Source: Eledone cirrhosa (taxonomy: Eukaryota). Taken from it: a DNA stretch of 64,000 bases. Position 1 is the first letter of the stretch; each line of letters starts with the position of its first letter. The notes under the pieces are model-generated. The model was not told the origin of the DNA and made no database searches. It saw only the letters and a list, made by a program, of their open reading frames with translations. The position numbers and the translations under genes were made by a program. The stretch lies in the NCBI GenBank assembly GCA_964016885.1, contig OZ024764.1, positions 17,670,001 to 17,734,000 of the forward strand. The letters are read 5' to 3'. Positions 42,240-55,861 of the stretch are shown here, in pieces.

Positions 42240-43024
42240 ATATTAATAAATGGAAACTATATTTATAAAACCATATTTATTTTATTATACATATTTCAAG
42301 AGCAACCAAGACAAATTATGGTGCGCTTTCCTCAGATTTATTTTATAAATAAATATTGACTTACCCGGAAAAAAAGACAACCTTAACGGTTGGAGCTTCC
42401 TGGATAGCTTCCACTAATTGTTGAGTGCTTTATATCAGTTATGAAAATGTTTAAGCTTGTTGAATCCTGACAAATTAAATATAACCTCTGCATATATATA
42501 TATTATACATTTATTTATTTATTATTTATCTATTAATTCGATTTAACCGTCCGTATAGAGCTAGTAAGCCCTGACAGACAGAGGGAAGTATCGAGTATCT
42601 CTTACAGTTGATAATCAAATATTTTTTAAAGGGGTTTGGGGAATTAAATAGAAATAAGACACCACCACCATCACTAAACCACCACCACTACACCACCGCC
42701 ATCACTAAACCACCACCACTACAGCACCACCATCACTAAACCACCACCACTACACCACCGCCACCACCACCATCACTCTCACCACCACCACCACCACTCT
42801 CACCACCACCACCATCACTAAACCACCACCACTACACCACCACCACCACCACCCTCACCACCACCACCACCGCCCTCACCCCCCCCCCCCAATATCTTTA
42901 TCTATTTTAATCTATGATCGAAATATATAATTGTTTTCATTGCTTTAATTACTTCCGGGTTCTATCTGCTTTATACGCATGCGTATGTGTGTGTATATAT
43001 ATATATATACACATACACACATGC

Positions 43025-43055
<31 letters not shown>

Positions 43056-43423
43056 TGCATATGTATATATATACACACATACACACATGCATATGTATAT
43101 ATACACATATACACATGCATATATAAATATATATATATACACATACACACATGCATATATATATATATATATATATACATGCATATATATATATATATAC
43201 ACATATATACAGTATATATATATATACACAAGTAAAATAAGTATATGTAAATGAAGGCAGTGCCCCAGTATGGCCACAGTCTAAAGGATTAGCGAGAAAG
43301 ATAGATAGATAGAAGACAATAGGAACTTAATGTCGGTGGGGTGGGTGTGGGGGCGGGGGGGTATTTATTGGAGTCACATCAAAGCGGAACCCGAGGGGGT
43401 CAGGTCTTTGATAAACTAGCGAT

Positions 43424-43488
<65 letters not shown>

Positions 43489-43499
43489 CATATATATGT

Positions 43500-43533
<34 letters not shown>

Positions 43534-44062
43534 GTATACATATATATCTACATACTCACACACACATATATACATATATATGTACATACACACACACGCA
43601 CACATATATACATATATATGTACATACACATACACACACACATATATACATATATATACATACACACACATATATACATATATATGTACATACACACACA
43701 TATATACATATATATACATACACACACATATATACATATATATGTACATACACACACATATATACATATATATACATACACACACATATATACATATATA
43801 TGTACATACACACACACACACATATATACATATATATGTACATACACACACATACACACACATATATACATATATATGTACATACACACACATACACACA
43901 CATATATACATATATATGTACATACACACACACATATATACATATATATATATATATATGTGTGTGTGTATGAGTTTATAGATGTATATATGTCTGTCTG
44001 TGTGTGTATGTACAGGTAAAAATTAAAGACACACATACAAATATATAAACACGTATATATAT

Positions 44063-44134
44063 CCACAGTAAGTAAGGTACTCAATACATTAGTAGAGTGT
44101 ATATAACAAATTTAATATAGAAATGGCTTCTACA
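44063..44134 (-). mobile_element. Family B2 fragment
   Basis: Minus strand gtagaagccatttctatattaaatttgttatatacactctactaatgtattgagtaccttacttactgtgg. Confidence 0.7.
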
Positions 44135-44144
44135 TATATATATA

Positions 44145-44332
44145 GGAAAAATTATGACCCCGACGGCAGAGCTCAAGCCGTTTCGACGATATATAGTCCA
44201 GAAATAGCCGTCGAAACGGCTTGAGCTCTGCCGTCGGGGTCATACTTTTTCCTATTACCCACTCTACTACGCTAAGTATTGAGTACTCTAGTGCGTTATG
44301 GTCCATCTGGTTCCTTACCACATTTCCTTCGT
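44145..44332 (+). mobile_element. Family A hairpin element
   Basis: Homology and hairpin. Confidence 0.85.
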
Positions 44333-44369
<37 letters not shown>

Positions 44370-44379
44370 ATATATATAA

Positions 44380-44425
<46 letters not shown>

Positions 44426-44617
44426 ATATATAAACACACACATATATATATATATAAATATAAATTCAGCGAGAATCGTATTACATACATACATATACAT
44501 ATATATATATATATTATATATATACACACAGATATATAATCTATATCTATATATATATATATATATATACATACATACTCAAATATATATATATATATAT
44601 TTGAGTATATAAGTATG

Positions 44618-44685
<68 letters not shown>

Positions 44686-45017
44686 GATGATATATCTGTG
44701 TGTATATATATAACATATAATATATATGTATGTATACACAAACAGTCCTACAGTGCACAAGTCCTTAAGTTTTTATCAAATATTACATAACTTATGAAAC
44801 TTGTGACGTAATCTTTGAAATACTTAACCGCAATATATCTATATGTGTGTATATATATCTATATGTGTGTATATATATCTATATGTGTGTATATATATCT
44901 ATATGTGTGTATATATATATCTATATGTGTGTGTATATATATATATCACTTATATATTATGAAATACTGTGTGCTTCTTGCTCATAATAATTTCTATACT
45001 TTTCATTTATATATATA

Positions 45018-45050
<33 letters not shown>

Positions 45051-45169
45051 GTGTGTGTGTGTTTGTGTATATATATATATATATGTGTGTGTGTATGTAT
45101 ATATATATAATGTGAAATCAAATGATTTTATTTGAATGACCCTGTACATGTTGTGTGTGCGCATATAGG

Positions 45170-45225
<56 letters not shown>

Positions 45226-45246
45226 CCACACATATATATATATGTC

Positions 45247-45305
<59 letters not shown>

Positions 45306-45332
45306 CCTATATAAAGACACAAAATAACAAAT

Positions 45333-45460
45333 AGTCATTGAGGAGGTCACAGAATGTGTGACGAAAGCGTTTTGATAATAAATATACAACCATCCAGTTA
45401 TCAAACCAACCAGCCGGAAGTTTGTACTAAATTGAAGTGAAAACTTCCGGCTGGTTTAAT
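45333..45460 (+). mobile_element. Diverged family C relative with degenerate hammerhead and terminal hairpin
   Basis: agtca-ttgagga-g-gtcaca..tgtgac-gaaagcgt; aaccagccggaagttt/aaacttccggctggtt. Confidence 0.6.
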
Positions 45461-45589
45461 AACTCTGAAGCACGATTTGTTATGTCTTCATTACGTCTAT
45501 TGTGTAGTGACGACGCGCGTTTCGCTATTGATCAGCTCAAGGTTCGATCTGTGTCGATCTAGCCCGACTCTGGAATATATATATATAAG

Positions 45590-45708
45590 TTTATCCCGGG
45601 TTCAATCGGAGGTAACCACAGTAAGGTACTCAATACATAGCAGAGTATAAATATTTAATATAGAAATGGCTTCTACAGGACTAGAACTGTTTCATTCGGC
45701 TTCCTGAT
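45590..45708 (-). mobile_element. Family B2 element; hammerhead 3' half on minus joined to an inverted 5' half (ggcttcctgat)
   Basis: Minus strand gaatgaaacagttctagtcctgtagaagcc...; plus strand 45698-45708 GGCTTC-CTGAT. Confidence 0.7.
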
Positions 45709-45959
45709 ACACATGTGTGTGTATGTGTGTGTGTGTTTATGTATATATATATATATATATGTATGTGTGTGAGTATATGTATGTGTGTGTGTGTATATAT
45801 GTGTGTGTGAGTATATGTATCTGTGTGTGAGTATATGTATCTGTGTGTGAGTATATGTATGTGTGTGTGTGTATGTATGTGTGTGTGTATATATGTGTGT
45901 GTGTGTATGTATGTGTGTGTGTGTATATATGTGTGTGTGAGTATATATGTGTGTGTGTG

Positions 45960-45990
<31 letters not shown>

Positions 45991-46075
45991 TGGAATGTGT
46001 ATGTTTAACATACCATATTATTCAAAACATTTCAAACATCAACTAAATGAGCAACTCTCTCTCTCTCTCTCTCAG

Positions 46076-46116
<41 letters not shown>

Positions 46117-46277
46117 CTCTCTCTCTGTCACAGACACACACATACAGACACACACACACACACACACACTTATATACACACATACACTCACACTTACCTA
46201 CTCATACATATTTACACACACACACACATATATATATATATACATATATATATGTATACATATATACATATATATAT

Positions 46278-46314
<37 letters not shown>

Positions 46315-46481
46315 TGTATACACACACGCATATACGGGAACTGATTCAGGCTTGATATCTACAGCTGGATGCCCTTCCTAACACCAACCTCATTTACAGT
46401 GAGTGCTGGGTGCTTTCTTGCCGTGGCACCTCCACGACCACTTTGCAGTGGAATGATAGGGACCCCGGTCCCTATCATCTC

Positions 46482-46621
46482 ATTTTTACAGCTGAGTAAA
46501 CTGGAGCAATGTGAAATAAAGTGTCTTGCTCAAGGAAACAACACATCACCCGGTCTGAGAATTGAACTCACAACCTTTCGATTGCAAGGCCAATGCTCTA
46601 ACCACTAAGCCATGTGCCTCC
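46482..46621 (-). mobile_element. tRNA-derived SINE (same family as 36958)
   Basis: A/B boxes and ccttgagcaagacactt on the minus strand. Confidence 0.75.
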
Positions 46622-46644
46622 ATATATATATATATATATATCCC

Positions 46645-46716
46645 TATTTTATCTGATGAGAACGTAAATATCATTCCATGGTGATATTTGATTTTTGAAA
46701 TGCGCATAATAAAATA
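46645..46716 (+). ncRNA. Type-I hammerhead motif (family G) in fold-back element 46640-46795
   Basis: UAUUUUAU-CUGAUGA-long stem II (AAAUAUCA/UGAUAUUU)-GAA-AUGCGCAU-A/AUAAAAUA; 8-bp stem I, palindromic stem III; inverted partial copy at 46743-46795. Confidence 0.75.
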
Positions 46717-46791
46717 CTTGGAACTCTTATATATTTAAAAAACAAATATCATCATGGGATGATATTTACGTTCTCATCAGATAAAACAGGG

Positions 46792-46868
<77 letters not shown>

Positions 46869-46869
46869 A

Positions 46870-47052
46870 AAGGCACATGGCTTAGTGGTTAGAGCATTGA
46901 CCTTGCAATCGAAAGGTTGTGAGTTCAATTCTCAGACCGGGTGATGTGTTGTTTCAAACCCCGCCGAGGTTAACTTTGCCTTTCATCCTTACGGGGTCGA
47001 TAAAAAAGTACCAGTAATGTACTGGGTATTTGCTGGCCATTACTGGTACTTT
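46870..47052 (+). mobile_element. Chimeric SINE: head of the CORE/V-like family fused to the body of the Nin-like family
   Basis: 46870-46955 mirrors 46531-46619, then continues ttcaaaccccgccgaggttaactttgcctttcatcc. Confidence 0.65.
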
Positions 47053-47073
47053 ATTTATATATATATATATATA

Positions 47074-47270
47074 TTTTAATATAGATGAGATTCTACAGGA
47101 CTAGAACTGTTTCATTCATTAGAAATCATCCGGAATCTGATTCCTGATGATTTCTAATGAATGAAACAGTTCTAGTCCTGTAGAATCTCATCTATATTAA
47201 AACTTTTATACTCTGCTATGTATTGAGTACCTTACTTACTGTGGTTACCTCCGATTCAACCCGGAATAAC

Positions 47271-47271
<1 letters not shown>
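47074..47271 (+). mobile_element. Family B element with head-to-head hammerheads (47088-47138 minus, core mutated; 47139-47187 plus)
   Basis: Palindrome centred on gaatc-t-gattc; full 3' tail; (TA)n flanks. Confidence 0.8.
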
Positions 47272-47329
<58 letters not shown>

Positions 47330-47484
47330 AGAACAAAAGATGGTTAAAAGAGTTCCATGTATTTTATTATGCGCATTATATATTATATATACTCCAGTCC
47401 TACAAACTGTAGAGTGCTTCTTATCCGATATCTGCATTGCTTTATTGTACTACAATAAAACTCACCTCCTATATATATATATAT

Positions 47485-47870
47485 ATACACACACAGTTAT
47501 ATACACATACATATATACACATATATATCTACACACACAGTTATATACACATACATATATACACATATATATATCTACACACACACAGTTATATACACAT
47601 ACATATATGCACATATATATATCTACACACACACAGTTATATACACATACATATATACACATATATATATCTACACACACAGTTATATACACATACATAT
47701 ATACACATATATATATCTACACACACAGTTATATACACATACATATATACACATATATATATCTACACACACAGTTATATACACATACATATATACACAT
47801 ATATATATCTACACACACAGTTATATACACATACATATATACACATATATATATCTACACACACACACAA
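47485..47870. repeat. ~44-48-bp minisatellite (acacacagttatatacacatacatatatacacatatatatatct)
   Basis: About eight units marked by cagttat. Confidence 0.85.
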
Positions 47871-48263
47871 ATATATATTCGTGTGTGTTGCGCATCTTTC
47901 TTACGTTCTGTATGTGTGTGTATTTGTGTGTGTTTAACAACACTGTTACGGTCTATGTGTGTGTGTGTGTGTGTGTCTATGTCTATGTGTGTGTGTGTAT
48001 GTTACAGACCGTGTCTGTGTCTATATGTGTGTGTATGTGTATATATATATATGTGTGTGTGTGTGTGTTACAGACCGTGTCTGTGTCTATATGTGTGTGT
48101 ATGTGTGTATATATATATATGTGTGTGTGTGTTACAGAGTGTGTATATATATATATATGTGTGTGTCTGTATGTATATATATATATGTGTGTGTGTATAT
48201 ATATATATGTGTGTGTGTGTGTGTTACAGACCGTGTCTGTGTCTATATGTGTGTGTATGTGTG

Positions 48264-48296
<33 letters not shown>

Positions 48297-48851
48297 TACA
48301 GACTGTGTCTGTGTGTTCGTCTCTGACAAACGATTCCTGTGTCTACCTCTATATCTACCTGGTCTTAACATCTCTCACACACTCTCTCTTTCACACACAC
48401 ACACTCTCTCTCTCTCACACTCTCTCTCTCACACACACACTCACTCTCTCTCACACACACACACTCTCTCTCACACACACACACTCACTCTCTCTCTCTC
48501 TCACACACACACAGACACTCTCTCTCTCTCACACACACTCTCACACACACACTCTCTCTCTCTCACACACTCTCTCTCTCACACATACTCACTCTCTCTC
48601 TCTCTCACACACTCTCTCTCTCACACATACACTCTCTCTCTCACACACACACTCTCTCTCTCACACACACACTCTCTCTCTCTCACACACACACTCTCTC
48701 ACACACACACACTCTCTCTCTCTCACACACACTCTCTCTCTCACACACACACACTCTCTCTCACACACACACACTCTCTCTCTCTCTCACACACACACTC
48801 TCTCTCACACACACTCTCTCTCTCTCTCATACACACACAGTCTGTCTCTCG

Positions 48852-48897
<46 letters not shown>

Positions 48898-49088
48898 GGA
48901 GAAGGTATGACCCCGACGGCAGAGCTCAAGCCGTTTCGACGGCTATTTCTGTCCAGAAATAGCCGTCGAAACGGCTTGAGCTCTGCCGTCGGGGGTCATA
49001 CTTGTTCCTATTACCCACTCTACTACCCTAAGTATTGAGTACTCTGGTGGGTTATGGTCCACCTGGTTCCTTACCACAACTCCTTCGT
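48898..49088 (+). mobile_element. Family A hairpin element
   Basis: Homology and hairpin. Confidence 0.85.
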
Positions 49089-49639
49089 TATATATATATG
49101 TATATATATATATAAACATACATACACACTCACATATAATATATATATATATATATATATACATATATACATATATATCTCCTATTCAAGGAATCCCCCC
49201 ACCCCCCCTCAGTTAAACAATTATGCTCTCAAATCAACTTCACTTTAAATATTTGCACGGCTATATATATATTGAGTGCTACCTTCCGTAGATGCATTAG
49301 TCATTATATACACCGCACACACACGATATATATATATATGTGTGTGTCTGTGAGTGTATATATATGTGTGTGTATGTATGTGTGTGTGTGTGTATGTATG
49401 TGTGTATGTATGTATGTATGTATGTATGTATGTATGTATGTATGTATGTATGTATGTATGTATGTATGTATGTATGTATGTTCCATTTCGAGCGGGAATC
49501 CCCAGACTACGAAAAGCCCCAAACAACACATTTTGTTGCAGTTGTTGTTGTTGTTATTGGGCCTCCGTCACTTACGACGAAGTATGTTCTAGTTGCTTGA
49601 TCAACAGATATACAACTTAACTCTTTTTTGTATAATAAA

Positions 49640-50400
49640 TGTTTCTACTTTTGGCACAAGACCAGCAATTATCCAACCCAGTGTATTACTGGTACTTTAT
49701 TTTATCGACCCCGTAAGGATGAAAGGAAAAGTTAACCTCGACGGGATTTGAACTCAGAACGTAAAGGGCCATAACTCTATGCCGGAAACCATGGTGTCTG
49801 ACCCTCTACCGGTACTGCCAATCTAATAATAACGTTTTGTGTCTGCTGCCCTCAAAGGAATTTGTTAAAAGGTGGGTGAAAGAGGCGAGAATGGCCCTGC
49901 CCTGAGCGTGTGCCTGTAAATTGAGAGAGAACTCGACCCTAGTGCATGACTAATAAAATACCAGTCAAGAACTGGGGTCAATTTAATTGACTTTCCTCTC
50001 CTTCCGAAAAATGTATGGCCTTGTGCCTAAACCTAAATCAGAAAGTATTATTTTGTGCCATTGGCAGTATCGGTAGAGGGTTGGACGCCATGTTTTCTAG
50101 CATAGTTACGTCCCTTAACAGTCTGAGTTCAAATCCCGCCGAGGTTGACTTTGCCTTTCATCCTTACGGGGTCGATAAAATAAAGTACCAGTAATGCACT
50201 GGGGTAATTGCTGGCCTTGTGCCAAAAGTAGAAACAATTATTTATGTCTGAGGGCGGTGGATTGGCGGACACCATGCTTTGCAGCATGGAGTTACGGCCC
50301 CTTACGGCCTGAGTTCAAATCCCGCCGAGGTTAAAATAAAGTACCAGTAATACACTGGGGGTAATTGCTGGCCTTGTGCCAAAAGTAGAAACAATTATTA
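49640..50400. mobile_element. Cluster of Nin-like SINEs: 49640-49823 (-), 50060-50242 (+), 50252-50400 (+, internally deleted)
   Basis: Homology to 8581-8764. Confidence 0.8.
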
Positions 50401-51218
50401 TTATTATTATTGTTTCATTTATTGGCCAGCAGGACCCAGATTTAGGGGACAGTACAAAGACGGGGGTGGTGTGTGTGTGTGGGGGTGGGGGATGGGGTAA
50501 ATAAAATTGAGTTAAAAAAAGGGAATTAATAAAAACTATTAGCAATAAAAATTAAAACAATAAAAGTTCCCCAATTGGGGAAGAACGACCCAGGGGTGAG
50601 CAGGGCACCCCACCAATCCTGCACCACCGGACGTTTTAATGATAGGAATAACATGTATTCTGTGTGTGTATGTAAGTGTATGTGTGTGTGTGTATGTATG
50701 TGTGTGTGTATGTATGTGTGAATGTAAGTATGTGTCAATGTAAGTGTGTGTGTAAGTGTGTGTATGTATGTATGCGTCTGTGTATGTAAGTGTGTCTGTT
50801 TGTGTATGTATGTGTGTGTATGTAAGTGTGTGTGTGTGTAAGTATATCTGTGTATGTAAGTGTGTCTGTTTGTGTGTGTGTGTGTGTGGTGTGTATGTAA
50901 GTGTGTGTGTGTATGTAAGTGTGTGTGTGTATGTAAGTGTGTGTGTGTGTGTGGTGTGTATGTAAGTGTGTGTGTGTATGTAAGTGTGTGTGTGTATGTA
51001 AGTGTGTGTGTGTATGTAAGTGTGTGTGTGTGTGTGTATGTAAGTGTGTGTGTGTATGTAAGTGTGTGTGTGTATGTAAGTGTGTGTGTGTGTGTGTGTG
51101 TGTGTATGTAAGTGTGTGTGTGTATGTAAGTGTGTGTGTGTGTGTGTATGTAAGTGTGTGTGTGTATGTAAGTGTGTGTGTGTGTATGTAAGTGTGTGTG
51201 TGTGTGTGTGTGTGGTGT

Positions 51219-51502
51219 GTCAGGTCGCTCTCGAGTGCCACTGGTAACATGTAACCCAGTACAACCCGTCTCATAGTCGGGTCGTTGGTAACTAAACCAA
51301 CGACCCGCCACCAAACTTCCTTGGTGAGGAGGGTGATATCTGGACACCCTGTGGGATGAAATACAAGACCAGGCAAAGGGCGGAGGAACTCAACAGAGTC
51401 AACGGCCATCCATATAGTACTTGGGAGGGGGGGGGGAGTCACCTGGGGGTGAAAGGCCCCCAGTTGGTGTCACAACATCTTTCTAGGAGAGGGAAACTCT
51501 GA
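51219..51502 (+). mobile_element. Probable RTE-type 5' UTR fragment, second copy
   Basis: Aligns with 11477-11735; ends ctaggagagggaaactctga. Confidence 0.5.
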
Positions 51503-51646
51503 AAAAAGAAAAAGAAAACCTGCAGCTTCGGAAACATCCGATGATGTTGACCAGTTCTCCTTTTCTGGTAGTGTTTTCGATGTTCAGAGAGTTGGATAGC
51601 TCGCAACAACAACAGCAGCAGCAGCAGCAGTAACAACAACAACAGT

Positions 51647-51677
<31 letters not shown>

Positions 51678-51842
51678 GCAACAACAACAACCTTGTACAA
51701 ATATTCTTAGAGCAATCGCAGGCACCAAATTTTGGTCAACAGAGACAACAACAACAGTAACAACAGTAACAACAACAACAGTAACAACAGTAACAACAAC
51801 AACAGTAACAACAGTAACAACAACAACAACGACAACAACAGT

Positions 51843-51874
<32 letters not shown>

Positions 51875-52533
51875 ACGTCTACAAATATTGTAAGAGCCAT
51901 GGCAGGTCTGATATTTGGAAGACAGAGGACTGGACAATGGTTAAAATTACAGGGTCGATAAAATAAAGTACCAGTAATGCACTGGAGTCGATTTAATCAA
52001 CTGCCCCCCCCCCCCCCCCACCCTTGTGTCTATATAGGACACCATTATTATTAACTCAGATTGTCCTCCATCTTGGAATTCTTCGCTGCGTCGAGGAAGA
52101 GGTTAGTGGTGGTGGTGTAGTGGTGGTGGTGTAGTGGTGGTGGTGTAGTGGTGGTGGTGGTGGTGGTGGTGGTAGTGGTGGTAGTGGTGGTAGTGGTGGT
52201 GGTGGTGGTGGTGGTGGTAGTGGTGGTGGTGGTGGTGGTGGTGGTGGTAGTGGTGGTGGTGATGGTGGTGGTGGTGTAGTGGTGGTGGTGGTGGTGGTGG
52301 TGGTAGGGGTTTGCTGAAGAAGCCGGGGCGGAGACTCGACCAGAACTGGGAAGGAAAAACGAAATACGTTTGGTTGGTCACGCCCTCTATCGGCAGGTTA
52401 AGAAAACTACGTGGCGTGGAATCGCTCAATCATGGCCGACATGCCATGCAACAGCAACAACAACAGCAACAACTACACACAAATATATATATTTGTATAT
52501 ATGTGTGTATGTATATATGTATATATGTTTGCA

Positions 52534-52576
<43 letters not shown>

Positions 52577-52789
52577 TTGTATGTGTATATATATATATGT
52601 ATGTATGTGTATGTATGTATGTATGTATGTATGTATATATATATGTATGTATGTGTATGTATGTATGTGGATGAATACATATATATATATATACACACAC
52701 AAATTTGTATGTATATATATGTGTGTGTGTGTGTGTGTGTGGAAAGATAGAGTTAGAGAAAGGAAATGAGAAAGAGATATAGAGAAAGA

Positions 52790-53015
52790 ATCAACCCCAG
52801 TATTTGACTGGTACTTTATTTATCGACCTCGAAAGGATGAAAGGCAAAGGTGACCCCGGCTGGTTTTGAACTCAGAAGCTAACGAGCTGTAATTAAATGC
52901 TTCTGGTTTAAGGACAAGGCCAACAGTTTTGCGAGAGGTGTATAAAATGTCGCTTGGATTGACCCCCAGTGCATTGCTGATACTTTATTTTATCAAAGGC
53001 GAAGTTGATCTCGGC
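52790..53015 (-). mobile_element. Two Nin-like SINE fragments
   Basis: ctggtactttatttatcgacctcgaaaggatgaaaggcaaag. Confidence 0.65.
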
Positions 53016-53393
53016 GCGATCTTGGCGGCATCTCGTCGAGATCTTGACAGGATCTTGGCAGGATCTTTAAGGGACTTGACGGGATCTTTGCGAGACTTTG
53101 CGGGATCTCATCGAGATCTTGGCGGGATCTTGGTGGCATCTTGACGAGATCTTGGTGGCATCTTGACCAGATCTTGACGGGATTTCATCAAGATCTTGGC
53201 GGGATCTTGACGAGATTTTGGCGGGATCTGGTGGAGATCTTTGCGGGATCTTGACCAGATCTTGACGGGATTTCATCAAGATCTTGGCGGGATCTTCACG
53301 AGATTTTGGCGGGATCTGGTGGAGATCTTTGCGTGCGGGATCTTTGCGGGGTTCTTGGCGGGATCTTAACGAGATCTTTGCGGGACTTGGCGA
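53008..53393. repeat. 11-bp minisatellite (gatcttggcgg/gatcttgacga)
   Basis: Direct reading; contains an internal larger duplication. Confidence 0.9.
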
Positions 53394-54124
53394 GAGAAGG
53401 GATTGATTCGACGTTGAATGGAAAGTCAATTATTGGGTCGTCAAGTATGAAATTTGTAGGACCCCCCACCCACCCACCCCAACATTTCTACAAATTTCAT
53501 ACTTGACGATATATATATATATATATATATATATCAATATTTCAAATTTCGATCTGTCGATCTGTCAATCTATCGATCAATCGATCTCAGTACTTGATTA
53601 GTACTTTATTTTATCGACTTTTATCGACTCGATTTCTACGAAAAGATGTAATTTTAATGCCAACAACGCAAAGACGAACGCAGTGAAAGAAACACAGTGA
53701 AAGACTTCGACGGATGCTCCACCGATTCTAAATATATTTATATATGTATATGTATATATATATATGTATATATGTATATATACATATACATAAGAATTAT
53801 GAAGGAATCTTACCTTATAAATTATAGTATAGGCCCAGGATTCATGTAATTGTGTGGCATTCATCCATTCCAAAATGTCTGAAAATTTGTGAAATTTGTG
53901 TGAGAAATAGTCATAGATACGTTACGGTAGAACAAAAAAATATATATGTATATATATGTATATATATGTATATGTATGTATATATGTATGTACGTATATA
54001 TATTTATGTATGTGCATATCTGTGTATATATGTATGTATACACACATACATACGGCTTCACATGCATACACAAACAAGTATATACATACCGATGCATGCG
54101 TACATACATATATGTATATCTATC

Positions 54125-54178
<54 letters not shown>

Positions 54179-54366
54179 TAGAAGTGGTATTTAATTTGTT
54201 GGAAGTCCGACAAATATAAATGTTTATAACTAATTTAGAGCACTCAACAGTTTCCTGGAGTAAATACTCAATGATATTAAATAAATGGAAACTATATTTA
54301 TAAAACCATATTTATTTTAATAAAATAAATATGGTTTTATAAATATAGTTTCTATTTATTTAATAT

Positions 54367-54448
<82 letters not shown>

Positions 54449-54484
54449 TATATATATGTGTGTATATTCATTTATACATACGTG

Positions 54485-54537
<53 letters not shown>

Positions 54538-54707
54538 GAGTATATTTTCTTTATATAATATATATCACATATACATTATTTTATCAGCTTGGAAAAGGTG
54601 AGAAGACAAAACTGTCTCGCGCGGTACCCGGGTTTCGAACTCCAGCCCTAGGACCCCAGAACCAAACTAAGAATGCTAAACATTTTATCATTTTATTCAA
54701 CACTCTG

Positions 54708-55605
54708 TGGAGGTGTGTAGCCCAGTGGTAAGGGTGTTGGCCTTACAATCACAATGTCGTGGGTTCGATTGCTGGGTTGTGGGTTGTGTTCTTGAGCAAA
54801 ACACTTCATTATAATCAGCTGAAAATGAGTACCAGTTATAGCTGGGGGTTTAATCCTGTGAAGGACTGGTGTCCTGTCCAGGGGGGAGTCTTGTACTTTC
54901 AGTCATTTAACACCACAGAAATTAAGATAAGTACCAGTTATAGCTGGGGGTTTAATCCTGTGAAGGACTGGTGTCCTGTCCAGGGGGGAGTCTTGTACTT
55001 TCAGTCATTTAACACCACAGAAACTAAGATAAGTACCAGTTATAGCTGGGGTTTAACTCTGTGATGGACTGGTGTCCTGTCCAGGGGGAGTCTTGTACTT
55101 TCAGTCATTTAACACCACAGAAACTAAGATAAGTACCAGTTATAGCTGGAGGTTTAACTCTGTGATGGACTGGTGTCCTGTCCAGGGGGGAGTCTTGTAT
55201 TCTCAGTCACTTCACACCACAGAAACTAAGATACTAAGATAAGTACCACTAATAGCTGGGGGTTTAATCCTGTGATGGACTGGTGTCCTGTCCAGGGGGG
55301 AGTCTTGTACTCTCAGTCACTTCACACCACAGAAACTAAGATACTAAGATAAGTACCAGTAATAGCTGAGGGTTTAACCCTGTGATGGACTGGTGTCCTG
55401 TCCAGGGGGAGTCTTGTACTCTCAGTCATTTAACACCACAGATACTAAGGTAAGTAGCAGTTATAGCTGGGGGTTTAACCCTGTGATGGACTGGTGTCCT
55501 GTCCAGGGGGGAGTCTTGTAGCCAACACCAAGGAAGTCACTTAACACCAAGGAAACCGGGTTAAGGACCAGCCTCTGGGCCCGAGACAAACTTTAGGCCC
55601 TTTAC
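54708..55605 (+). mobile_element. tRNA-derived SINE with its central domain amplified to 7 tandem units of 100-110 bp
   Basis: Head tagcccagtgg / gggttcgattg; units start at 54828, 54930, 55032, 55132, 55242, 55352 and 55453. Confidence 0.8.
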
Positions 55606-55826
55606 AGATTCACCACTCTAACAATAACATATAATAAAATAAAAATAGTTCGAATTGTAGTCGTCCTAACGCAAGAGATTTGAACTAACAGTGTAAAGGG
55701 TCGTAACTTAACACTAGAAATTATTTTATCCAACACAACACACTAATATTCTGTCACTCCACCCAGCCCCCTTTCTTGGGTTTGTGATAAATTAAGGCAC
55801 AGTGCAAGTATATGTATGTATGTATG

Positions 55827-55861
<35 letters not shown>

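Noticed and set aside
51520-51603. Minus-strand peptide RMFPKLQ reminiscent of a T-box motif
   Set aside because: Surrounding residues do not match and there are no splice signals or further domain exons.
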